Part shown: one piece after another, positions 1 to 19,400 of the stretch
Numbering within the stretch: the stretch's first letter is position 1
Layout: each line of letters begins with the position of its first letter
Assembly: GCA_000708835.1 (NCBI GenBank)
Contig: DF237140.1
Location: 62,001-126,000 of the forward strand
DNA: 64,000 nucleotides
Reading direction: 5' to 3'
Source: Klebsormidium nitens
Lineage: Eukaryota > Plantae > Klebsormidiophyceae
Translations under genes and position numbers: made by a program
Notes under the pieces: model-generated
What the model was told of the DNA's origin: nothing
Databases searched by the model: none
Seen by the model: the letters and a program-made list of their open reading frames with translations, nothing else

Positions 1-35
1 GCGGAGAGGGGGGGAACATCAGTGAAGAAAGGGCA

Positions 36-6090
<6,055 letters not shown>

Positions 6091-7603
6091 TGGTTAGTCT
6101 CTGAGTTGTGTCCATTCACGTCATGCGAAGCTGTGCGCTCATTGTCCTGTCAACTACGGTGACAATTTAATTTGCCGTTGCCATGTAAAAAGGTTCTGTT
6201 GGTACGTCGTGTTTGGTCTCGATCAGTCCGTGATGTTGTGGGCTGATGTACGTGGCCTATGCCCTGTTGCAGCCCGTTCGTCGATTTCTTAGTGGATCTT
6301 AGCGAGCAAGGTACAAGTCAAGGCGGGTCGCGTTGAGCTAGGTCGACATGCGTGGTGCACAATGAAAACTTAACTTAAGATTCTCAGAGGGAATTAGGCT
6401 GGTCTGATCTGCCTGGCCCATGCGTTTATATTTGAGCTACTAAGTAATTAAGCCGCCCTGCTGCAGAATCTTGCGACCGCCAGCATACGCTGCTGCAAGC
6501 ACAGGCGATCAATGTGAGACGATATTGGCCGGAGATCTGCAAAGCGATGGCCCGCTGGCGGCTTGAGTATGCCGTCAAATACAGTAGAATGGCCCGTTGG
6601 CCTTACATATGGAACAATCATGATCAACAATACGCACGTATGTCATGAGCGTCCACATGTGCATGCATGCATGCAGGGGCGTTGGTGCACAGGAGTATAC
6701 GGTAGTCATGCATTAATGTTGGATTATAACGACATTCGCGATGCGCGCCGGCTGTCAGGTGCCAGGCCACTGCCAGGCCGGCCGGCCATGGACGGTCTAG
6801 GTTCGTATATAGGCCGTGATCCGATATGTGTCCGACCACGGATCTGTAACTTACGGCACGCAATTAATGAACGGATCACAGTCACTCGACCGTCGGTCGA
6901 ACTCGGATTCAGATGTACCCCGGGCTGAACGGTCGCAATAAAACTAAGACATAATTCGTATAAAATGATGGCTGCGAGCCCATCCAATCATGGTGAGTGA
7001 TATATATACATTGGATGACAAGCTTCGTCCCGATCCTCGGTGTTGGCTGGGTTGATTCTTTGAACATGCAACTAGACTCATCAACAGCACAAGGACATAG
7101 ACCTAGATCGACTGCGTGCGAAGTTGAGTTGTGCATGCTTCGTTGACAGAGAAGCCTGCAGTTTTAAGGCCTATAGGATACGTTCTACACTTACCTAGTG
7201 TGCTACTTCTTCAGGTGCATCATAAGCTGGTTCTCCACCGACGCTGACTCGAGCATAAAATTGGAATTTCTGAAATTTTGGCAACTCTGCATCCGAGATT
7301 ATCTGCAAGGAACCCCCTCTCCATTCAAAGTCCGTTACAGCTTACGATCCTGACAGCGGCTGATCCCCCTCTACGTTTTACCCATCTTCGCGTCCAGGAT
7401 CGTTGACTGCACTCCTTTTCCAGATCCAGTCTCGTAAGAAAAAAGCCCGGCCAAACGATGCACTTCACGCCGTGCGTCTCAGCCTTCCGCTCCAAGTCTC
7501 CGCGTGTTCCTTCATCAAAGCAACTATGCAGATAGTCCTCAAAAATTTGCGCCGCCGGAACTCCCTGCCAGAACTTTTCGACCAAATTGCTTTTGCCCGC
7601 GCA

Positions 7604-10600
7604 TCAAACGTCCGCCGCAAAGTCCCCGCGCCTTTCGAGGGACGACATCTGCGCGTGCGCGCTGTCCCGCCGTTGGTACGCGAGCGCGCCCCCGGCCGAC
7701 CGGCGCCGCCTCACGAGGAGCAAAACCGCGCCCACGAGGACGACGCCAGCGAGTGCGGCCACGACGGCGACCACGATGACCCACACCTGGAGTGAAGAGG
7801 ACGCCGATAAGCGAAGCTTTGCCGGCTTTTACAATTCTCGACTATCAGAGGGGCTTTGTAAAGATAAGCGCTATAGCTTCACGAAGAGCAAAAATACGCC
7901 CACGAGGACGACGCCCGCGAGCGCGGCGGCGACGGCGACCACAATGACCCACACCTGGATTGGAGTGGTCGCCGATAATCAAGGCTTTGACGGCTTAGTA
8001 ATTCTCAAAGTCAGAGGTCTTGTGTGAAAATCGACGGTAAAACCTCACGAGGAGCAAAGCCACGCCCACGAGAGCAGCGCCCGCTAGTGCGGCCGCGCCG
8101 GCGACCACGACAACCCACACCTCGAGTGGGGAGGTCGCCGTTTGTCGAAGCCTCCAGGGCTTTCATATGTTCGAAGCTCAGGTAAGCTGTGTGAAATTTC
8201 ACGCAAAAATCAAAGGAAGAGCAAAACGGCGCCCACGAGGACGACGCCCGAGAGCGCGGCCGCGACAACGACCACGATGACACACACATGGAGTGGGGAG
8301 GTCGCCGTTTGTAAACCTCCTGAGCCTTACATCGTCCAATTTCAGGTGGACTGTGTGAAATTGAATGCAAAAAGTAGAAGCAAACGGGCGCCCGTATTCA
8401 CGTTTCCCGAGAGCCCGGCCACAACGGCGACCTCGATGATCCACTGGCAGCTGAAGTGAAGTCGCCGAATGTCAAAGCTTTCCGAGCTTTTTAAGGTTTG
8501 CAAGCTTCAGATGGGCTGTGTGAAAGTGAACTCAAGAGATCATTCAAAAGCAAAGATGCGCCCGCGAGCACGACGCCCACGAGGCGACCACGATGATCCA
8601 CATCTGGAGAGGAGAATTTCGCCATTATCACACCAGAGTTCTGGCAACAACTTTCCACAGTCCGCGGAGCGACTCAAAATGCTTCGACCGGGCGTCAGAT
8701 CTGGGCTTACTCAAGCTGCAAATGTGATGGATCACTTCAAGTCAAGTCGGCCATTGCTTCGTGGCCGCCAAGACCCAAAGCGCCAGCACACAAGGACTCG
8801 GTAGCTCCGTTCTAAACTGTCCAGCCTGTCGGAACGTGCATCAATAACACGATCTCCAGGGTCCATCACTTTTTGAATGAGCTCTGAGACGTGGCAGTGA
8901 GCTTGATATACCCACAAGGCTGTGAGCTCCTCCCTTCTATCAACGGGCAGTGACGCACGACTGGCGATGTCAGATCTAGGCCCCGGAACGGTTCACGCTA
9001 ACTAATCCTTGACCGGCTGTTATGCTCACCTTGACCCCTTTTAACAGTTTAAGCTTGACTCAGTTCCTAACCAGCTTCTCCTCTCACCTTGACCCCGCCA
9101 CCGCCGCTGCTTGCTCCAGGCGTCGACGACGTCGCAGTCGGCCCGCCACGCCGCAGAACTTTAGGATTACAACCCCAGTTGATTCACGTTAACCCCATTT
9201 TTAAGCAGCGGGTTTGCTCACCTTGACCCCGCCACCGCCGCTGCTTGCTCTGCGGATGGACGACGTCGCAGTTGGTGTGATAACCGGCGCCACGCCGTTG
9301 GTAGCCTGGGTGGTAGTACTCCCGCGGTTCTGACCTGCAGGTTTTGAAGCCAAGACCAAGTTGGACTCTGGATTACTTGGAGTAGAGTATGCTGGCTTTG
9401 CTGGTGTGTGCGGTTATTTCTTTCTGAGTATCAGACGAGAGTTGCCCCGTTCGACGGAACAAAGAACTAAGGAGTCGGGAAGGTGAAAAGGGAAAAGTTG
9501 AGGAGGGCATAAGTGCGACAAGGAGAAAGACGCGCGTTTTAAAACTGGTGAGGAAGGAAGGGGGTCGCCTCTGCTCGAAGGCTGACCTTATGTAACGAAA
9601 CATTCAGGAAGTTTCTCAACAACGAACTTCTTGAATCTTAGCCTAAGCAGAGGCCCGGCGTCGAAAAGGTAGACCCAAGAAGTGTGGGTCGTTGACTCCG
9701 CTGATGAACCAGCAAATCATTGACACATTTCGCGACTGCAGTGTCCGCTTCCGCTTCAAACGAGTATCTGTTCAAGCCGCCTAGTAGGTTGTTCAAACGA
9801 GGTAGGACGTCCTATTTCCCACCGACGATTTGGCTATCACGCAAACCCTCGATTACGCGCCCCATATTAACGTATCCCCCAAAAAGACCGCACTCTCACC
9901 CGTGCTGTCGACGCTGCAATCTAGTCCCGTGAACCCATCCAGGCACGCACAGAATCCGGTGTCCCCTTCTTGCGCCCCAGGAGTCTGGTTACACACCCCT
10001 CCGTGCTGGCAAACTAGGCTCGGGCCGCAGGCTTGCGTGGCAGTGGGAACGGGCCCCGGGTTAACGACTGGATTAGAGGCGGGTTGAGTGGTAACCGGGG
10101 AGGGGGTTACTGGCGCGGAGGTCGGTGTGGAGGTGGTTGGAAGCGGCGCGGCGGTGGGGCCACTGCTGCTGGCTGCGAGGACGAAAATCGGGTTATCAAA
10201 AGTGTGCGGGTTAGCAAGACCCGGATTCGTAAACAGAAAGATGGACATGCCTCTCCTACAAAGTCTGGCGTTCTAGGTTTTAGGGTAGCAAAACCTCATC
10301 ATTTTCTAAGAGAAGGCGTTTTGGTAGGACGTGCGTCCAATGTATTTCAGGCTGGCAAAGATCGATCCGAAAGGAGACCCCCAAATCAGCCGCTACAGAG
10401 GCCCCGTTGACGATTTCAAAAATGTCTTCCACAGACAAGGGTAGCAGTAATAGCAATTTCCAACGACAGGCTGCGTAGTACGCTTACCCGTGCTAGCTGG
10501 ACTGCAGGGTGCCTGTGACACTCCCCCACATGGAGTCCCGCAGTCTTGCCCGTTGAACCCGTTCGGACAGGCGCACAAGTAAGCCCCTCCCCCTCCTGCC

Positions 10601-11884
10601 TCTGCTCCGGGGGTCTCGTTGCAAACCCCACCGTTTAAGCACAAGAGATTTGGTCCGCATGTCGTAGATCCTGTATCATCAAAATCGAAGTCCCAAGTCA
10701 TCGTCCCTTCTTAGAAAGACGGAGAATTCGAACGCGCACGTCTGGATGATAAAACTTGGCGGCCAGCAGATTGCGAAGTCCAGACATGAGAACAAAATGC
10801 TAGGCTAGTGCTGGGCAACCGAGACAAACACTGAGGCATATGTCCCTGCAAAGAGAAAGGGGCCGAAGGTTTGCCTGACATTCTCAGCCAGAAGCTAACT
10901 CTGGCATGTGCCGTGCAAACGAGGAAAGGTAAACGGAACCGCTGGCACGGAGGAGAAGCTCGCAAAGCCGGGCGGTGATGTGTGTGGAAAAAGGATGAGA
11001 CTGGGTAGCGAGGAAATTTTGCATCTCATAACGGCCAACAGTGCCAGGTCTTTGTACTTGAAGAGTCATCATACTCAGCCCAGCATTACCAAACACGTAC
11101 GTTCAGAAACTGTGGAGCTTTGAAATTATACTTTGCTTCAGAGAAGATTTAGGGAAGATTTAGGCCATTGAAAATCGATCAAGCGATCGCTAGGACGATT
11201 AGCGAGCGCCCATCAGGACAGGGAGATAAGGGGCGCCATGGAGAAAGGAGCGCTGGGCTTGGTGGTGTTGAACATAAATTGCAGAGAGTTTACGGACCCT
11301 GTCTGCATCTAGTGAAGCGTTGCATAAACCAATCTGTGCCTATCGGTAGAAGATGCTGAGTGACCCTCGCTTAGTTGCCAACTTCCTTGACGAGAAACCC
11401 TCTGAAAGGCAACTAATTTCAGAAGTTCAATCCAGCAGATTTATTGGTAGAAAACGTTCCGTACCACCTTGTTTGCTTTGCTTATCTACAAGCTCACACC
11501 ATTAAAGCTCTGTTCTCTTATCAAGTGGCCATGAGTGGTATGACTGGCTCCACCAAGATTGCACCTGCATCAAGCCCAGGTTGGCCACCTTAAGTTGGGT
11601 TGCAAACCAAGACGCTCACCTGTACCAGATGCTGTAACCTTCGTTTCACAGTTCGGCCCCGAGAACCCGTTCAGGCAGGCGCACAGGTAAGCCACGCCCC
11701 CCGTTGCAGACTCGGGCGTTTCGTTGCACAAGGCCCCATTGACACAGTTCAGAGAAGGGCCGCAAGGTGTAGACTGAGCTGTCGCTGGATTCAGAAGCGA
11801 GCTCAGAGTAACTAGTATGAGGAGCCCCGCTGGCCGCCAGCCAAGCTGCTTGTTCTGACGGCATTGCCAGCTGCTTCTATCCAT
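7604..11884 (-). CDS. Type-I membrane protein (~351 aa): signal peptide, three EGF-like repeats, S/T/P-rich stalk, single TM, short tail; exons 11884-11620, 10709-10488, 10172-9900, 9334-9222, 7786-7604
   Basis: Three six-Cys modules C-x5-C-x5-C-xn-C-x-C-x2-GF-x-G-x2-C (e.g. CGPNLLCLNGGVC...CACPNGFNGQDC); hydrophobic N-terminus; TM VWVIVVAVVAALAGVVLVGAVLLLV followed by RRRR; intron phases 1,1,1,0 are consistent. Confidence 0.87.
7880..8610 (-). repeat. About five degenerate ~165-bp tandem copies of the acceptor and TM-exon start in the last intron of the EGF gene
   Basis: Plus-strand units of the form CGCCCACGAGGACGACGCCC...GACCACGATGACCCACACCTGG ending near 7958, 8126, 8292, 8450 and 8605, decaying with distance from the exon. 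Confidence 0.88.
9024..9160 (-). repeat. Copies of the exon 4 end and donor in the EGF gene intron
   Basis: CTCACCTTGACCCCGCCACCGCCGCTGCTTGCTC at ~9084 is identical to the true junction at ~9218; partial copy at ~9025. Confidence 0.85.
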
Positions 11885-12790
11885 GTCTAGCTTCTATTTA
11901 AACAGAGAGACTACAATTGTAATCAGGGGTTTTCAAATTTACGTCATCGGCTGGGATGACAGCAGTATATGGCAGGGCGGCGTTCCCAACTGCAGAGGAG
12001 AGGACGAGAGGAGGCTCAACCAGGTATCAAGCATCTTCTACTTGGTACCTTGAGGATCTTTAACCAGCTCAATCTGGAGAGTCTTCAATGGCGGTATTGT
12101 CTTAACAAGGCTGTTAGGAAACTCGTTGGAGAGCTGACAGGAGCTGTGAAGAGTGTGCAATGCCAGGCTAACCTCTTGAACCACAATCCAGGCCGTCAGA
12201 CAGCCAGCTGTGGTGGTAGTTGCCTTTAAACCTGGATGTCAAATTGACCCTATATAAGTGGAGAAGGGGCATACTTTATATTCTGTGGAGGCGAATGTGG
12301 GCTAGTATTTCCACAGCATTGACTCGGACAATCATTCTTGACGACAGGCATATCAGAAGCTCTTACGCCAGCTTTGAAGCTTGGCGATCATCTGCCGCAC
12401 AATATGACCAGCCCAGGAAGAGGAGGGGATTATGACATCACTCGTCAGAGTTCGAGGAAAATGCACACCTACCTGCATTCACCTGCAGTGTACACTCATG
12501 AAGTCGAGACTCCACAGATAGGACATGGATTCAGCAAAGTTCTCGCTTCTTGGCAGAAGCGAGAAAACTTCAATGCCTTGCTTTCCAAATTCCAGCTGGA
12601 AGCTGGACTCAGCTGGACTGTGGACCTTCCAAATTCAATGAACAAATTTTCTGTGTGCTTTGTTCACTCTGCAGACCGGTGCAGACTCCAGAGTCAGAGT
12701 CTGCACACAGACTCGGGTAGGCAACATGCACCGACTCACAAATTACAACACCAGAGGCCGTTCAATAGAGAAGGCACATGCCCGTGGCCG

Positions 12791-13187
12791 GTACCGACCG
12801 TATCGGCCATCAATGATCATAGGTACATATTCGGACGCTTGGAAATGGATAGCGCGTCCGTTTTCGGAGTTCGGACCCTCGGTTCGGACAAGATCTCTAC
12901 CGGTACTACAGTGTATTACTGGTAATAAGGAAGTACATACTACCAGTACAACCGACTATAGCTGGTACCGGGAAGCAGGGTACCAGTAGATTGACTAGCA
13001 GATTGTATCTTACCGGTAGAGATTATCACCGGGGACTCTGATCAGGGAACCGGCGGTACCTTTTTCCGATGTGTACATAATAATTAGTGAGAAATTCAGG
13101 TACCGCCTGGTGCACATATGCAGCAGCGTGCCTGTGCACAGGTACCGCTACTTACTTTGCGCTTGGCCGATACCTATGCACATGTAC
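12791..13187. promoter_or_regulatory. Dense GTAC-core cluster (12 copies); candidate CuRE/SBP-box binding array upstream of the beta-propeller gene
   Basis: GTAC at 12791, 12823, 12903, 12933, 12946, 12965, 12980, 13056, 13073, 13100, 13142 and 13184; about 1.6 expected by chance in 397 bp. The function is inferred. Confidence 0.6.
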
Positions 13188-13426
13188 CTAGACCGCTTCC
13201 GCTTCGTGCTGCATTTGCAGCCAAGCTGGGTGCATTCACTTCGAACTTCTAGGTCGCTTCGGTTCAGAAATACACAAGCATTCGTCGCCTCAGCAGCTAC
13301 TATGATCTAGCCACCTTCATTGAACCTCCGTTACGACTTTCCGCAGCTGTCGTCTTACTCATTCCTATTGCCTCCGGAGCTATCAACAACTCTCCTTTGT
13401 AAACAGCTGACGACGTCGCTGGCGCT

Positions 13427-16400
13427 ATGGCGCGGGGCGCTGCAATCGTGCTCGCTCTGGTGAGCTGCCTCTTGGTGGCGTCTCAGCTGGCAGACGCACA
13501 GTCCACGTCAGTCACAGTCAGCACCACCAGGAAGAAGGGCCTGTTCTATGTCTTTGCTGATGGAGAGGTGAGCTTAATGAGGGAGTACTTGTCTCACATC
13601 AGTCACCCTCATTATATCAGATGGATGAAGACCTGTGAAAGTTCTTGAGGCGAGAGTCTTTGGTTGATAATAGCTCGTACACTTGGTGGAAAAACCTTCT
13701 TGAAGAGTTTCGCTAAAGCACTCGAGACAAGTTCTGTGCAGTCTAAAATTGAACAGGATTCAATTCACATAGACATTCAGCCAGGCTGAGCAATGAAACA
13801 CAGTTGCCAGCCGGACTAAGAATCCGGAGGCATTCCGCACAGACAATAGATCAGCTGCTGAACGTATCAATCTTAGCTAAACATATTTTTGTTGGGGTGC
13901 CCTGCTTGAAATTCCACATCCACTTTTGTTCTGCCTACGTTCGATTCACAGAAGATTTTGCTCTGCGACCCAGTTCTTAGCCTGGTCTGAACTTGGCTCT
14001 GAGCTTGCCCTGACCACGAATGTTTGATGAGAAGCTTACCCTCCAATTTGGAGGTATTCACAATGTAAAGGTCTGACTTGAGATTGGATGCTCTAATATG
14101 TTGCCAATAACCTTTGAGCTACCTGACAGGCTAGAAAAGGACCGATGTGACCAGGGAATCTTGTATCTCATCACCACTCTGATTGAAGGCCATTGCATCC
14201 CAAAGCGGCAGTTGCACTCTCAATAGATTCCAGAACTGATGGAGTGATAGCGCCAGCTATGCACCTGATTGGCAACGCTAGCTGAGACAGTCAGCGATGT
14301 CTGGTTCAAGTGGGAGTTCATCAGATGGTACTGGATAGCAACAGTCTCGAGGAGGCACTTCAGCCGCCTGCTTTATCAATCCACTTACAGCCTCTCCAAA
14401 TAGAATTCATTTTCTCCTCAACACTTCCCTTCCCAGGCCTCTGTAGAACCCCCCTCTCAACTCCCCAAACTTTACCCCTGTCTCAGCACCAACTATTATG
14501 GTACCCCCCTCTGGTGCAAGAATCTGCAGCTCTGGTCCCAACCCGCCTCTGATCTTAATCCACCTCTGGTCCTAACCCGCCTCTGGTCTTAACCCGCCTC
14601 TGGTCTTAACCCTTCCCTTCCCTGCGCAGATTGTGGTCGTAGACGCCATTGCGGGTGCCATCGTCAAGTCCATTTCCAACCCGACAATGCCCTTCCCCAA
14701 CAACTGCACTGGCACCCCCTTCGCTGGCTCTTGGTCCGACTCCGCGTATGCCAACGGCCATCTTTTCGCGGGATCCTACTACAGAAACTCGACCATTGGA
14801 CCACAGGATGGCGTTTACGTCATCGACACCAAGACCCAGACCCTGGTGCAGAGAATCCCCGTCGAGACCCGGCCTGTTCACACCTACTATGTGCCGTTCC
14901 TGGTGAGTGGAGTGTGAATTGGCTCTGTAGAAAGCAGCCCTGAGCTGAGTGCACTGACTGTAAGCCCTTTACAGTGAACATGCATCGAGGGTAGCTTGTT
15001 GGTGATCTGTTGGCGCTGATTGAAAGCTCAATGTTGCCTTCTGCTTTAACAAAGATTCCTTCCCATGCTGTGTCTACCTGGGTGTCGTCAAGATTCTAGA
15101 AACATCTACAATCAGTCAGTTCGATTGACTCTCCTGTCAGCCTCCACGATAATGGTTATCACCCATTGAAACGAGCTTTCTGTCAGCTTCCAGATCGCAC
15201 TGTCCGTTTCAGTGGCGGTATCAAAAGAAACAAGCTGCAGTTACTCCTGCCTAAGGCATTTGCATCTGGGGTTTCTCCAGGTAGAATCGTGCAGGCCTGG
15301 AAGCGACTTGTTTTGCAGATTTTATCAAAGCAAGCCGTTTGTTGCTGAAGCGTGCTTTTTCTGATGATCCTTTCGCTACTTTGCAGAGCCTTGTGGTCGA
15401 AACTTACAAAAGCTATCTGATGCCAAACCGACCTTGCAGAATCTGATTGCTCTCATCTTGCATCACCACTCCCACTTAAGCCACTACGGCTTCATCACCC
15501 GTTGAACGAGAAGCAACATTCAACCTAAAAGAAACGGCTTTTTCCGCTTGCGAATACCCCCTCTGACAAGCAGGGTTGCTCTTACGTTATATCTCACTCG
15601 GCAACGTGACTCTCACGTTTGCCCGTACATTCACGCCTCGGACTTGTCCCTCTATTCAAGATATTTTGGCAAGACAGTGTCTTCCAAACTCTGAACGCTT
15701 TCGAGTGCCAAAATATCTGAGTCTGACGTCACTTTGACTTCTTTGCAGGGCGAGGTGTGGAGCCACTCCGACGGCACCGGCAACTTCGACGTCATCGACG
15801 CGCGCAACTACTCGGCAGTGCACGAGAACGTCATTGCTCACGTCAACATCAGCGGTCACGGGAAGCTGCTCTTTGACGATGGTGAGTACCTGTCGACTTC
15901 GTTCTTCGCCTGACTTCGTTGTTCGCTTCGTCTTTCTTCCTTCGTTCTTGTTGAAGTAGTGCAGCTATTATGGTGACATTTCCCTTTCAGGTCATGATTC
16001 TCAAGCTGTGCTTCGTACAGGTGGTGATATCTAAGAAGTTTTCGTCGCTCTTCTGTTTTGACATGATGCACCATAGCAGACTCCAGCTATTTCGACACCA
16101 CTCTTTCCTGCTCGTCAAAAAGGGTCACATTCCCAGGAACACTCGCGCATCTGAGTCCTGAAATTTTCCCATCCGACGGACCAGATTATATATCAAGAAT
16201 TGTCCCGAGCGACTACTTTGGCTCTAAGGGCACTCTGCTGGCAGCCGAAGGGGAACCGGTCCCCACAAAGCCCCGCTTGACGAGGTTTTTCACACCACTG
16301 TTGCAGACCTCGACAGCAAGGGCTACTCGTCGAATGTGAACGAGCCTGGCGCGTACATCTTGGATCTCGACGCTCAGGGAACCGACGGGACCCTGGCCTT

Positions 16401-19400
16401 CGTGAACTTCACCGGGCAGACCCTTCCCGGCGGCGTCGTCACGACATGCCCAGGAACGCACTCCCTTACGTACTCTAAGGTGGGGTTTTTTTTTGGACTT
16501 TTGGATTTACGGGTTTGTGGTATATGAGTCGTTGGTTTATTGGGTTCTCAGCTTGACTCTGCGTTAACAAGATCTATTGGGCAGTCCCTTCTGGGCGGCG
16601 TTACTCGCGACGTTCACTGGAACCCCGTCCCTTACGAACTCTCAGGCAAAGAACTCTGCTCCTAGGACATTTGGAATTCGGGCACCTCTTTGATCTATCT
16701 TGATAGCGGGGTTCTCAACGTGACTCTATTCGATTCTATTATCGACTATGCCCGGTATTCTGTTCGTCCGGATAGGCCCTTCCTGACGGCGGTGTCACGG
16801 CTTGCCCGGCGAGTTACTCCCTGGCTCACTCCTACGTAAAGACCTTTTCTACTTGTTTTGAGTTCGACTCCACTCAGTGATGAGATGGTCTCGTTCCGGG
16901 CTGCGCCGCTACAACGAGACCGGTGTTTCGCTGCCCGGCCTGTTTTCGAAAAAGACTTTAGAACTCATTCTCACCTCGGCTGTGCCCGGTGATGGAATCT
17001 GCCGGGAAGGCGGTCCCGAGATCCGTTGGGAACCACTCCGTTACCTGATTTGCAAAAGGATGATCCCAAGTATGTCATCTCTTTCCCTTTCTTGGTGATG
17101 ATTACCCGCGACTCGCGTCTTGCACGGTTGTGCTTTTTGGAAATATAGCTCCTAAAAAGAATCGCGCCTTTCTTCTGGCTCCTGTCCTACATACGGAGGA
17201 GGAAGTGAGGAGCACGAAGACTCGTATTTCCTTTTGTGGAGAGAAGTTGCGGCGCCTGCCACATTTTGCTGTGCATACGAATTATGATCGACCGAATGTC
17301 TTTTCTCACTTTTTCTCAGCACCGTCCCCCACAAAATCACGCGTTTTTCATTCGACCCATGTCTTTCCCAGGTGATAGCCTTTCCAACTCGACGGGCTGC
17401 TCAGGCACCAACCGTTGATGCTTCTGCTCTCCTTTCGCGCCCAGAGCAGATCCCAAAATTGAGGGCGTTATAATCCGTGCTTCTTGACAGCTGACCACGA
17501 AAGGAACAATACCGATCCATTATACGTATATCGTACGTCTCACATAGCGATTTGTTCCTTCCCGCAGATCAACCGTCACGCGTATTTCGAGTGCACGGCC
17601 GTGAAAGACCCCAAAAACGCGTCCATCACTCTGTTCTACCCGGGAGCCATCGAACTTGACACCGACAACGACACCGTGGTCTCACAGCTGCCGTTCCATG
17701 TAAGCCGCGTTCCCCTCGGTCTCGTTCACCTCCGTGTTTCATTGTAACCCCGCGGGGATCGACGGGTTGAAAAGCAAGCCCATCTTGTCTCGTCGGTCGG
17801 TCTAGTCTCCGTTTCGTTAGAACCTCTGGGGTCTCTCGACCAGTTCTGAGAAACATACCATCTTGTTTCGTCGGTCGGTCCAGATTTCCGTTTTGTCAAG
17901 ATCCCTTGTGGTCTTTTGGCCTCAAAGAAAACCCTTTAATCTCATCTTATACGCCGCTTCAGTTGGTTAGCTCTGCCCGGCAACATCGCCGACGTTTAAA
18001 GCAGACTCCATTTGAGTGCCTATCTGTAACTCTTCTGCGGCAGGAGCTGACTTCATAAGTCTTTTGCAATCAGCGGCCATCATGGAAACAGTCTTACCCA
18101 GTCTCTTCTGCATCTTGTTGAATCCCTGCCCATCTCCGTAGAATTGTACGAGACCTTCTCGGCCTCTTGCCTTCTCCGCGCCTTCTCCCACTCGGAACTG
18201 AACTGAACGAAAACTCACCCGTAGAGCACCTCGGTTTGACCCGAAATCCTGTACGTTTCAGAAATGGGTTTTGAGCTTTTCGTAGAGATAAAAACTCTGC
18301 TAGCTACTGCAATTTTTCAACTTCTCAAAAGTTCGTCTTTCCCTCTGGATAGCTACAATCTTTCGAATCCTGATAATGTTGTTCTCTTTTACAGGGTCAC
18401 TTGGCAATTACGCCTGACGAGCAGTTTTTGACGGTCATCGACTCTCCGGACCGGATTGTGAACATCGTCCAGATTACGCCCATCGGCCAAGAGGACCTCT
18501 ACTTCTCGGTCCCCCTGAATGACACCCCCGGCGAAGGCACCCCGGCCTTCTACCCGAAAGTGAGCCCAAAAGCGTTCCGTCTGCTTTGCTCTCAAAGAGT
18601 TGCTGACTGGTGCAAACTCCGCCTCCCTCTCTACGTGACCCTTGTTTCAACTTCCAGCCTTGTTCTCCTATTTCAACGTTTCCTCTGGAAAGGCTGCTTC
18701 TTTTGGAGGGTTGGTCATTCCTTATCGGCTTGCTGTTCCCAAGGTATCGAACTTTTCAAATGAAGGGTAAAGCCCAGAGCAAACGCTCAAAACTTGTCTT
18801 TCTCTCGCCCATCCCTTCGCTGTTTGAACCTGGATTTCAAAAACTGCATCTACGCATTTTGAGATGGATCTTCTGAATGATACGAAGACAAGCAAACAAG
18901 ACCCTTCCTTACGTTTCTATTCCGTCGGTCAGATTTTCCGCTCATTAAGCATCTACCGCTTTCCTTGGCACTCGTTAGGCAAGAGTGATTCCCCTGTTCC
19001 ATGGCAGTCATTTATTGTTGGCACTCCCTACGTTGGAGTTGCTCACTGGAATGTGGGGTGAAATGCCCCAAAACCCGAAGTCCTCGACCCCACAATCTTC
19101 AGGGTGTAGTACCATGAACTCAACCTGAACTTAACCCCAACTTAATTCTGCAGGGCTCTTTCTTCATCATGGCGATCCCCATACTCAACTCCCCCAAGAT
19201 GGCCATCATCGACTTTAACCTCGTCATTAAATGCGGCGACAACTGCACTGACCCGGGGCAAACCATCAAGTACGTTGACGTGGGTAACCAAAACCCGCCG
19301 GGCCAACCCAACGCGCTAACCACCTCCCGGAGCGTCGACGCCGGTTACGCTTACATCTGCACTCCGGCGAACTATGACCAGGGTATTGGCTGCTATAACC

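Noticed and set aside
6290-7140. GCATGC/ACGT-rich intergenic DNA (also 27560-28400 and 38260-39000) as mobile elements
   Set aside because: No TIRs, TSDs, LTRs or second copies were visible within the window.
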